A stretch of 28,965 bases of DNA, taken from a virus. Taxonomy: Duplodnaviria > Caudoviricetes. Under the pieces are notes generated by a model that was not told the DNA's origin, ran no database searches, and was given only the letters and a program-made list of their open reading frames with translations. Each line of letters starts with the position of its first letter. Within the stretch, counting starts at the first letter, position 1. The DNA lies in IMG/VR virus record IMGVR_UViG_3300023314_000083, positions 1 to 28,965 of that record; one strand, given 5' to 3'. Below are positions 8,785-16,335 of this stretch, one piece after another. A program made the position numbers and the translations under genes.

Positions 8785-9117
8785 ATGAACACCAATAAAA
8801 TCTACGAGCAGACGATGGACGCCCTCACGGACTTCGTGACGACGCACCACTGCCCCGAGGGTGAGCCCAGCATCCGCAACTTCTGCCGCACCTACAAAAT
8901 CGGGCGGCAAAACCTTACGGCCAGCCTCGCCAAGAAACCGGGCCACGACATGAGCGTGGGCGTGTTCCTGCGCGTCTGCCTGCACCTGGGGCTGCTGAAA
9001 GATAGTGGCCTCACCCCCGAAGGCCAGTCTTTTCGCTCGTCCATCAGCCTGCGGCAGTACATGGAAATTGATAATACAGCACTCAGGGGAGCAATTCTAG
9101 GGGTGAATTTATCTTAA
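8785..9117 (+). CDS. Putative HTH DNA-binding protein
   Basis: SIRNFCRTYKIGRQNLTASL...MSVGVFLRVCLHLG resembles an XRE-type HTH. Confidence 0.6.
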   Translation: MNTNKIYEQTMDALTDFVTTHHCPEGEPSIRNFCRTYKIGRQNLTASLAKKPGHDMSVGVFLRVCLHLGLLKDSGLTPEGQSFRSSISLRQYMEIDNTALRGAILGVNLS

Positions 9118-9196
9118 CCAAAATCAACAGATTGTAAAATCACTAAACTCCGAGAAACTTCCCCCTCCCCGCCTCCCCTCTGCACCGACTCCGACC

Positions 9197-9397
9197 ATGA
9201 CTAAAGCTGCTATCAACACCCGCCAAGCCAATACCGAAAAGCGCAATAATAAGATTAAGGCAGCTTTTTACACGCGCTACACCACCCAGCCCCGCCCCCG
9301 GCTCTACTCCCGCGAGTACGTCATCTCGCAGCTGGCCGAGGAACACAACCTCAGCATGGGCACCATTGAGAATATCCTTTACAAGCTCAAACCATGA
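9197..9397 (+). CDS. Small Mor/C-like HTH transcription regulator
   Basis: RNNKIKAAF...QLAEEHNLSMGTIENIL resembles the Mor-family C-terminal HTH. Confidence 0.6.
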   Translation: MTKAAINTRQANTEKRNNKIKAAFYTRYTTQPRPRLYSREYVISQLAEEHNLSMGTIENILYKLKP

Positions 9398-9708
9398 ACT
9401 ACCACCGCCAACTACTCGCCGCCGCCACCATCGCGGCCGTCGTCGCTCTGTGGCACCACAACGCCTCGGCCTTTGTCGGCTTTGCCCTCGTGGTGACGCT
9501 CTGCCTCGAATTGCTTCAGGGGCCGCTCTACGCTTCTCAGCAGCCCAGCATCCCAGCCAGCCCGCAAACGTCGCCCCAGCGCCACGAAACGCCGGGCCCT
9601 GCCTGTTTTGGCTGCGGTGGTCCCGTCGTGACTGGTGACGAAGCAGTGCGCCGCCGCTGTGACGCCTGCGGCCCGTGGACCCTTGAAAAGCAAGATGCCA
9701 CGCCCTGA
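9394..9708 (+). CDS. Hypothetical membrane protein with C-terminal CxxC pairs
   Basis: Two N-terminal hydrophobic segments; CFGC...CDAC. Confidence 0.55.
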   Translation: MNYHRQLLAAATIAAVVALWHHNASAFVGFALVVTLCLELLQGPLYASQQPSIPASPQTSPQRHETPGPACFGCGGPVVTGDEAVRRRCDACGPWTLEKQDATP

Positions 9709-9710
9709 GC

Positions 9711-9743
9711 CTGGGGGTATGCGTTGCTAACGCATACCCCCAG
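9711..9743. repeat. Perfect 15-bp inverted repeat at the end of the early operon
   Basis: CTGGGGGTATGCGTT-GCT-AACGCATACCCCCAG, no U-tract on either strand. Confidence 0.8.
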
Positions 9744-10056
9744 CAGAAAGGAAACAATCGGCTTTACAAACGGAAACAAAACAAAAATTACCGTGAGTAC
9801 CGAAAAAAACAAACGCAAACAAAAACACAATCTGTGGTGGTGTTTCACAAATTAGTGAAAATAGCACTTGGCACAAAGAAGCCACTCGCGACATAATAAT
9901 AAGGCACGTGCGCGTGTACGTTTTTATGCGGGCGAAATAGAAGCAATAAATACAACTTTCTCTATTATTTGAAAAGTCATATAAAATTCGCACCTCGCCG
10001 AGCTTTTTTTATGAGCACAGTGCAAAAGCAGCAAACCAACTTTAGACAAATTGCGT

Positions 10057-10064
10057 TAGATTTG
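10057..10064 (+). promoter_or_regulatory. Bacteroidota -7 promoter element for the accessory gene pair
   Basis: TAGATTTG matches TAnnTTTG about 40 nt upstream of the ORF; no clear -33 element. Confidence 0.5.
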
Positions 10065-10105
10065 TAGTACCAATACTAACATCAACACTAACACAAGCTG
10101 TAGTA

Positions 10106-10336
10106 GTGGTTACCCGCCCCGTTCGGATATTAACGGAGACTGTACAAACGGTTCAGCGTAAGCTGGAGTCAAACATCGCCATGAAATTCGTAGCCAACAC
10201 GGTTTCCAAACCAGTAGCTGGTAAAGAAGCCAAAAAAGTAAATAACGCCCTAAAGCGAAAAGGTGGCGTTGTGACCAACAAGGCGGCAATGAACACCCTT
10301 GAACGCATTGCTCGTCGTCGCGCTGAGCAGCGCTAG
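10106..10336 (+). CDS. Small basic protein, candidate antitoxin
   Basis: Ends 8 nt upstream of the GNAT gene in an AT-rich insert; start GTG 10106 or ATG 10181. Confidence 0.6.
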   Translation: MVTRPVRILTETVQTVQRKLESNIAMKFVANTVSKPVAGKEAKKVNNALKRKGGVVTNKAAMNTLERIARRRAEQR

Positions 10337-10344
10337 TACATTAT

Positions 10345-10965
10345 ATGGCAAAAGCAGCACGCTTTGATGGCGTCGATTTTTCTGCACAACCTGTTATTAA
10401 ACTAACCCCGTCCCTAGCTAATAAAGGGGCGGGGTTTCGTTGTGAAAGGGGTGAATTTGTTTCGTTTTGGCGCGGTGGCAAAATCAGAAAAGAAGAGGAC
10501 ACTAATGTCAGCCGTTGCTGGTATATTGAGGGCAATGGCCATTTAGCTGGTTATATTACCCTTTTGGCTGACAAACTTGAACTCGAACAGCCTCCCTTAG
10601 AAGATGAGGGCATAAAATATAAGACGGTACCTGCTATAAAAATCGGGTGGCTTGCTGTGGATGAACGCACAAAGGGCAAATTTGTAGGCACACGATTGGT
10701 TGATTGGGCGATTGAATATAGTGCTGATATAGTAGCTAAAAGAATGGGAGTGCGGTTTATGACTGTTGATTCCTTTTTCGACAGAGACCCTGACAGCAAT
10801 GGGAAGCACTACGATGCGAGTAGATTTTACAAAAGCATGGGGTTCAATTTCGCAAATCCAGAAGAAACGCTGCCCCCAGTAGATGGTTACCGCACGATGT
10901 ACTTGGATTTAAAACCTTTTATCGATGCTTTTAGTGAGCCGACAGAGGTTCCGGTAGGAGAATAA
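10345..10965 (+). CDS. GNAT acetyltransferase, toxin-like
   Basis: GYITL, PAIKIGWLAVD..KGKFVGTRL, MTVD, FYKSMGF; AT-rich. Confidence 0.85.
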   Translation: MAKAARFDGVDFSAQPVIKLTPSLANKGAGFRCERGEFVSFWRGGKIRKEEDTNVSRCWYIEGNGHLAGYITLLADKLELEQPPLEDEGIKYKTVPAIKIGWLAVDERTKGKFVGTRLVDWAIEYSADIVAKRMGVRFMTVDSFFDRDPDSNGKHYDASRFYKSMGFNFANPEETLPPVDGYRTMYLDLKPFIDAFSEPTEVPVGE

Positions 10966-11007
10966 AAAAAGGCCCCACCAGCATACGCTGGTGGGGCCTT
11001 TTTTTTA
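10964..11007. terminator. Bidirectional intrinsic terminator
   Basis: A7-GGCCCCACCAGC-ATAC-GCTGGTGGGGCC-T run, between convergent genes. Confidence 0.9.
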
Positions 11008-11016
11008 GGAAAACGC

Positions 11017-11223
11017 CTATCTACGTCCCCCAGGACCGAAAACACTTTGAATCGGACCAACTTTCGCCAAGAGAGACTCGGCAAAAGTGGCCTTTTGGAG
11101 TTGCTGTTTTTCGTCAAACCACACACACCATACATCTCCGTTGCCATCGACTCCTTCCACAGTCATATGCATGCCGCCAGACTTGAGTTGTACGACATCA
11201 CCAGTGTTAATTAGGTCGGCCAT
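11017..11223 (-). CDS. DUF2158 / YodC-family small protein
   Basis: GDVVQLKSGG..MTV....VWCVWFD signature. Confidence 0.8.
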   Translation of the reverse strand: MADLINTGDVVQLKSGGMHMTVEGVDGNGDVWCVWFDEKQQLQKATFAESLLAKVGPIQSVFGPGGRR

Positions 11224-11248
11224 AAGTTTTGCGTTAAAAAGTGAACCG

Positions 11249-11773
11249 CTAAGGTAGCACAAACTCACCCCGCGCCGCCGGCTCCAGCCCGCTCACCGTC
11301 TGCGTGGCCCCGGTGTAACCCTCGGTGTCGGTGAGCAGCACCTTATACCCCATGCTGTGCTGCCAGATGCCCGGCAGCTCACTTTGCTCCTTGCGCGAGT
11401 AGGTGCGCACCAGGGCCCCAAAATGCCCGCCCCCGTCGAAGTGTTGCAGCGCCCGGTGAATATCATCGAGCCGCTCCAGCTTCTCCAGTGCCTGGCTGCG
11501 TTGGGTGCTGTGCTGGTAGCTGTCAGCCACCACCTGCACCGCGAGCGTCACGCGCACCACGGCGTCGCCGCGCTGGATGCCCTCGCCAATGTCGCGCCAG
11601 TCGGCCTCATCGAAATCAATCAGCACGACGCCGGCATGAAACGGCAGGGCGTACTCCTGCAGCTGGCCGTCGGGCGTGAGCTGGTCCTGGTCCAAATCAA
11701 TCCAGCCCAGGCCGGGCACTTCAGCGGCGAGGCGGTCGGCGAGTATCGGGTAAACGGTAGCGAAGCTACTCAT
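11249..11773 (-). CDS. Tail terminator / completion protein (Mu gp37-like)
   Basis: Acidic; WIDLDQDQL...IHRALQHF; located after the virion morphogenesis gene. Confidence 0.6.
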   Translation of the reverse strand: MSSFATVYPILADRLAAEVPGLGWIDLDQDQLTPDGQLQEYALPFHAGVVLIDFDEADWRDIGEGIQRGDAVVRVTLAVQVVADSYQHSTQRSQALEKLERLDDIHRALQHFDGGGHFGALVRTYSRKEQSELPGIWQHSMGYKVLLTDTEGYTGATQTVSGLEPAARGEFVLP

Positions 11774-11791
11774 AGTTGTGTACTTTTGAGT

Positions 11792-12055
11792 ATGGTAAAT
11801 TACAACGGACAGCATGGGAGCTTTCAAATCCACGTCGGTGCTCTGAGCGAACCACTCCCTTCACAGCCTGAAATATTATTGATAGAACAGGCTATTGTCC
11901 AGGTGACACAAATCACCAACAGCCTGCCAATAGCTGGTGATGCTCTGTTTATCCATAATGGTGGTAGTCGCTGGACTGTTAAAAACCGCGAGTTTATGTT
12001 AGATTTTAAGAGCAACCAGATGATGGTAAGCTATTATGTTGAGCACACTATCTAA
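11792..12055 (+). CDS. 87-aa AT-rich orphan, antisense to the packaging operon
   Basis: ATG ORF exactly fills an AT-rich gap between two minus-strand genes; TACTTTTG at 11781-11788. Confidence 0.55.
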   Translation: MVNYNGQHGSFQIHVGALSEPLPSQPEILLIEQAIVQVTQITNSLPIAGDALFIHNGGSRWTVKNREFMLDFKSNQMMVSYYVEHTI

Positions 12056-12507
12056 CTGCTCAATAGCTTTTTAATGTCTTTAGCTACGGTGCTGGCAATT
12101 TTGGCGCGGGCCGTCTTGCCCACGGTGATGAACGGGCGGGCGGGCAGCTTCCCGAGTCCCTCCTGCTGCGCCTGGGCGTAGTCCTGCGTGCTGCCGATGG
12201 TCACGCTGTTGGCCGTCGTGGCGACGATGCGCACCGAGCGGCGCAGCTTGCCCGTCTTGATGAGGATGGCCCGCTGCCGGGGGTTGGGCACCCGTGGCCC
12301 ACGCTTGCCGTCCCTGCGCTTGCGGCCAGGCTTCATATCGACCTGCTTCCTCGGCTCCCAGGGCACCACGCTGCCGTTGTCGTCCTCGTAGCCCTGTCGC
12401 TTGAAGTTATCGGCCGACTCCTGCACCACCACCCGGCCCATCATCTTGGGGACGGTCTTCAGGTAACTGCGCAGGTTGCGCCCGAATTCTTCCAGGTGGT
12501 CAGACAT
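12052..12507 (-). CDS. Phage virion morphogenesis protein (Mu gpG-like)
   Basis: NFKRQG...W.PRK...ILIKTGKLRRS...YAQAQQEG...LPARPFI. Confidence 0.85.
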   Translation of the reverse strand: MSDHLEEFGRNLRSYLKTVPKMMGRVVVQESADNFKRQGYEDDNGSVVPWEPRKQVDMKPGRKRRDGKRGPRVPNPRQRAILIKTGKLRRSVRIVATTANSVTIGSTQDYAQAQQEGLGKLPARPFITVGKTARAKIASTVAKDIKKLLSS

Positions 12508-12715
12508 GAGCAGGGCGCGGGTGTTGTGCCCGCCACGCGGCTTGGTGGGGCTCCAGTTGGGCCATCGTGACCCCGTAGAGCATGAACACGTCCTCGGGCG
12601 TCAGGCCCTTGTCCAAGTCGTCCAGCGCGGCCCATGTTTTCACCTGCTGCTCCATCGCGGGCGACAGTTCAAACTCAGGAATCATGGCCTCGGTGATGTT
12701 CTCGCCAGTCTTCAT
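12500..12715 (-). CDS. Small acidic protein, candidate immunity protein for the MuF C-terminal domain
   Basis: 71 aa, ATGA-coupled to the MuF stop. Confidence 0.6.
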   Translation of the reverse strand: MKTGENITEAMIPEFELSPAMEQQVKTWAALDDLDKGLTPEDVFMLYGVTMAQLEPHQAAWRAQHPRPAHV

Positions 12716-14289
12716 TTCTTCGGTTTTTTGGGCTTGGGCGGCGCGTTCAAATATTCCTCAAAGATAGCCATTTGCTGCTCGTTTTTAAGGTCTAATTGGC
12801 CGTGCCAATCCTGCCCCAGCAACAATTTTTTACCGTGTTCGGTGCCTGCCCACTTCCAGATGGGGAAAGGTTCTTTCGGGGTGCTGGCATAGTGGGCATT
12901 GAGCTGTTTTTCGTAGAGGTCGATGGCCGCCGGGGGCACCTTGCCCAGCTTGCGGGCATTCTGAATAATTGTCCGCAGCTCCGCCGGCTGTGTGGCGGAA
13001 AAGCCCACGCGGGCCCACACGTAGCCCCCAGCGTCCAAGGCCGCATGCACCCGGATGGTTTGCACGTTCAGGGCGTGGTATTGCTTGAAAAGGGCCTTGT
13101 TCAACCGTTGCGAAAAGCCCTTGCCCTGCATGGCTTCGGGCATGTCCAGCAACTCATGCACGGCGTGGAGCTTGCCCTTCTCCTGCACGATGTAGCGTTG
13201 CAGCACCACGTCGCCGTCGTTGCGCTGGGCCGCATAATCCAGCTTCAGCACGGTGTTCTCGCCACCCTTGCCGCTCTTGATATACCAGCGGGTATCCTGC
13301 CATTTCACGCGGAACGATTTAGCTGCGGCTTCCAGGTCGGCCGCGAGCTGGGGCAGGTCGGCCCCGGCCAGCATCTGGGCGTTTTCGATGATTGCCGCGT
13401 CGGTGGGGCCACCCTTCACCGTGATGCCCAGCGCCCGCAGCTTCGCCAGCGCCGCCTCATCGAAGCGGGCCGGGGCCGCCGCTAGTGGTGGCGGGGTGGC
13501 CGTTACCTTTTTGCGGGTGTTGAGCTTCTTCGCCACCCGTTGCGGCACGTCGAAGTAGGGATGCTCAGGCCCGAAGATTTCACCGGTCCGGCCCACGTTG
13601 GCCTTGAACTCATCGGGCACCGACGGCAGCCCGAGCAGCTTGGCGTCGGGCGTTACGGCCGTGTCGTCGTCCACCTCGGTTACCGAACATCTGCATGCCC
13701 AGTCACATGGCGGCATATGCTCATCCCAAAACGGGTCGTTTTTGGGCCGCACGATACCATCGTACACCGCGTGGTCGTGGCGCACCCGGTCGTCGCCGGC
13801 CGTGTCGTAGCGCAGCAGCCCGCCCTCGCTGAAGCTCGTCCACTTGCTCGCCATCTGGGCCGAGGCCACGGCCTGGTTGTACTCGGTGCGCAGGTAGTCC
13901 ACGTTGTAGACCTGATGCACGGCCAGCGCGTCGGTGCGAAAGTCGGCAAACGGCCGAATCACGCCCTCATCGTCGTAGAGCTTGCGCGTCATCTCCTGCT
14001 GCACGGCGTAGGTTTTGAAGCCCGAAAACCGCTGCACGTTGGCCGTGAGGTAGCCGCGCAGGGTCGGGTCAGTGGCGTTCCACCCCAGCGTCACCGCTTC
14101 ATTGAGGTGCGCGGCGAAGTAGGCGGCTAGTTCCTCGTCAATCGTGCCATCATTGGGCACGAGGCCACCATGCAACCGCTGAATGAGGCGGTTGGCGAGG
14201 TGTTCCAGGTCGCCGGGGTCGGCGGCCCAGATGCGGCCTACTGCTGCGCTGGGGCCTGCCGGGTCGGGAAGGCCGGCAGGCCCGGGGTC
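12712..14289 (-). CDS. MuF minor head protein with C-terminal GNAT-like domain; probably translated by -1 frameshift from the portal gene
   Basis: YLRTEYNQA, YDTAGDDRVRHDH and FWDEHMPPCDWACRC MuF motifs; frame open from 14319 with no ATG before about 13992 (TTG 14175 is the alternative start). Confidence 0.8.
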   Translation of the reverse strand, partial: DPGPAGLPDPAGPSAAVGRIWAADPGDLEHLANRLIQRLHGGLVPNDGTIDEELAAYFAAHLNEAVTLGWNATDPTLRGYLTANVQRFSGFKTYAVQQEMTRKLYDDEGVIRPFADFRTDALAVHQVYNVDYLRTEYNQAVASAQMASKWTSFSEGGLLRYDTAGDDRVRHDHAVYDGIVRPKNDPFWDEHMPPCDWACRCSVTEVDDDTAVTPDAKLLGLPSVPDEFKANVGRTGEIFGPEHPYFDVPQRVAKKLNTRKKVTATPPPLAAAPARFDEAALAKLRALGITVKGGPTDAAIIENAQMLAGADLPQLAADLEAAAKSFRVKWQDTRWYIKSGKGGENTVLKLDYAAQRNDGDVVLQRYIVQEKGKLHAVHELLDMPEAMQGKGFSQRLNKALFKQYHALNVQTIRVHAALDAGGYVWARVGFSATQPAELRTIIQNARKLGKVPPAAIDLYEKQLNAHYASTPKEPFPIWKWAGTEHGKKLLLGQDWHGQLDLKNEQQMAIFEEYLNAPPKPKKPKK

Positions 14290-15827
14290 TTTCCCGGCCC
14301 CTCTCCTTCCTCCCCTCCCTCAGTGGGTAGGGGTAGTTGGATGAGCGTATCCAGCCCGGCCAGCTTCAGCGCCTGCGCGAGCGGCACCCCGGCCGTGGTC
14401 GCGGCCTGAAGGACCGACAGCTGCGCCTTGAGTTTCTGCTGCGCCTGCGCCTCGGTGTCGTCTTCCTCGGGGAGCAGCAGTTGGGCCCGGGCCTCGTTGC
14501 GCGATACTACGCCTTCCTCGATGTGATAGCCCAGAATAGGGCGGGCCTCAGCCGGGGCGGGGGCATCGCTGCCACCCTTCCCACCGGCACCACCGGCACC
14601 TTCAGCAGCTTTCGCCGCGGCTGCTTCGTCGGGCTCGAACTCCACGCCGAACGTCTCGGCCAGGTACTTCGCGCTGACCTTCCGGCCGCTGGTCTGCATG
14701 ATGCCCTGCACGATTTCAAACTGCGCTTTCTTGCCCAGCGTCTCGGTCTGGTCCCACTCAAACGTCACGCTCAGCAGGTCCACCGGGTAGCCGTGGCGCA
14801 CCAGGAACGGCAGCAACTGCTCGTTGATGACTTCGGCCAGGTCGTCGGCATCCTCCCGCATGTAGGAGGCCGCGACGCGCTCGTGTACCTCTGACTGGCT
14901 GCGGCTGCTACCGTTGTCGGTGGTCATGGTCTGGCCCAGCACGGCCTTGCTCACCTCGGAGTTGATGCGTTCGAGGTACTTGTCGTACACGTCGCCCGTC
15001 GAGTTGGGCGCGGTCACGAACTCCATTTTGGTGTTGGCCCCGGGGAAAATGCCGTAAGCAGCCTGCCCCATGTTCGCCATCATGGTGTTGAACTGCCCAA
15101 TCAGCCCCTCGTCAAAGTCGCCGGTCAGGGCGCGGTAGGGCATGCCGAACATCTCGACAAAATCCGCCCACGCGCCAATCACCAGATTTTTCCAGATGAT
15201 GGCCGGCGCGAGCTTCAGCAGCAGCCCTAGGTCGCGCGGCTTGCCGACCTCAATTAGCCAGGGGGAGTAGCTCGGGTCGGTGCGGTAGGCAACGCCGTTA
15301 ATCATGCCGGGCATGGTGCGCACGATGCCCGCCTCGGGAAACACGTATTGCCGGGGGATAAGGTCGCAGGTGTAAAATTCTCCATCTACCGGGGGCGCGA
15401 ATTCGATGAGGCTGTGGCCGTAATCGACCTTTTCCAGCACGAACCGGCAGAACTCCCGAAACCACGGCCGCCGCAGCAGCTTGGTGAGCTTGGGGTTCTC
15501 CTTGCCATCCTTGCCCACCAGCCGGTACGACTGGCTGGTGACGTTGATTTTTCGGGTAGCCAGTACGCTCGTCAGGTGCAAGTCAAGCACCGTATCAGCG
15601 TAGATATTCAGCAGTTGGGTGCGCTCGGGATAGTACACCTGTTCCGCTCGGGCGAGGGCCTCCCGCCACTTGCCCACGTCCTGCCGGAGACGTTGCACCT
15701 GCACCGGGTACACGGTTTCCATGATGGAGCCCTTGGGCGCGCCCAGGCCCACCGGCCCGGCAGTGCCTTCATTGTTCCGGAAGGGGTTCAGGGCCACCCC
15801 CAGCGTGTTCGTGGTTGCGTACTGCAT
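14238..15827 (-). CDS. Portal protein (DUF935, Mu gp29-like)
   Basis: W..FVEMFGMPYR, INSEVSKAVLGQTMTTDNGSSRSQSEVHERV, INEQLLP. Confidence 0.9.
   Translation of the reverse strand: MQYATTNTLGVALNPFRNNEGTAGPVGLGAPKGSIMETVYPVQVQRLRQDVGKWREALARAEQVYYPERTQLLNIYADTVLDLHLTSVLATRKINVTSQSYRLVGKDGKENPKLTKLLRRPWFREFCRFVLEKVDYGHSLIEFAPPVDGEFYTCDLIPRQYVFPEAGIVRTMPGMINGVAYRTDPSYSPWLIEVGKPRDLGLLLKLAPAIIWKNLVIGAWADFVEMFGMPYRALTGDFDEGLIGQFNTMMANMGQAAYGIFPGANTKMEFVTAPNSTGDVYDKYLERINSEVSKAVLGQTMTTDNGSSRSQSEVHERVAASYMREDADDLAEVINEQLLPFLVRHGYPVDLLSVTFEWDQTETLGKKAQFEIVQGIMQTSGRKVSAKYLAETFGVEFEPDEAAAAKAAEGAGGAGGKGGSDAPAPAEARPILGYHIEEGVVSRNEARAQLLLPEEDDTEAQAQQKLKAQLSVLQAATTAGVPLAQALKLAGLDTLIQLPLPTEGGEEGEGPGKTPGLPAFPTRQAPAQQ
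14252..14295 (-). other. Programmed -1 ribosomal frameshift signal (portal to MuF)
   Basis: G_GGA_AAG at 14295-14289 phased in the portal frame; spacer ACCCC; stem GGGCCTGCCGG/CCGGCAGGCCC with a 10-nt loop. Confidence 0.75.
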
Positions 15828-15830
15828 AGC

Positions 15831-16319
15831 CTAGTAGGTGTTTTTCTGCTTGGGGAGGCTGCCGCCTCGGGGTAGAATCGTATCAGCGTTGGGGGTGCCG
15901 TCCTCGTTATTGGCGGGCAGCGGGGGCAGGCCCACGCTCAGTTCGCCCTTGCGGGCCATCTTCAGCCAGGAAAGGGCCTGGTCGTAGCGGTCCTGCCGAA
16001 TCTGGGGCACGTTGCGCGGGTTCTGGCGGCTGTGCAGGTGATACAGGGCCATGTCCACGAGGTACATCACCAGTAGCCGGTTGCGCGTATCTGGCTGGGC
16101 TTCCACGGCGGGCGTGTCGCCGCTGGCCGGCACGGCGGCCACGGGGCCGGACGCGGTGAAAATGGCGTCGCAGTCGTAGCGTCCACGCAGATAACTCTCC
16201 ATTTCAACCTGCGCCGCCAACGCGGCATCGACCAGCAGCACGTCGTCGCCGTCGGTGAGCAGGTTCTTGATTTCGTGTCGGATTTGCAGGCCGTAGTCGG
16301 CAGAGGTTAGAAAGCTCAT
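15831..16319 (-). CDS. Head-tail adaptor (DUF1320, Mu gp36-like)
   Basis: SYLRGRYD, DMALYHLHSR, RYDQALSWLK. Confidence 0.85.
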   Translation of the reverse strand: MSFLTSADYGLQIRHEIKNLLTDGDDVLLVDAALAAQVEMESYLRGRYDCDAIFTASGPVAAVPASGDTPAVEAQPDTRNRLLVMYLVDMALYHLHSRQNPRNVPQIRQDRYDQALSWLKMARKGELSVGLPPLPANNEDGTPNADTILPRGGSLPKQKNTY

Positions 16320-16335
16320 GGGTAATTGCTCGTTG

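Noticed and set aside
9793-9855. 20-aa ORF with tandem Trp codons (attenuator leader?)
   Set aside because: There is no downstream biosynthetic operon or attenuator structure, and it has a GTG start without other support.
10345-10965. Mu mom-like DNA modification gene (GNAT fold, Com-like gene upstream)
   Set aside because: Its motifs resemble toxin-type GNATs, and it is a separate AT-rich unit about 1.5 kb from the Com-like ORF.
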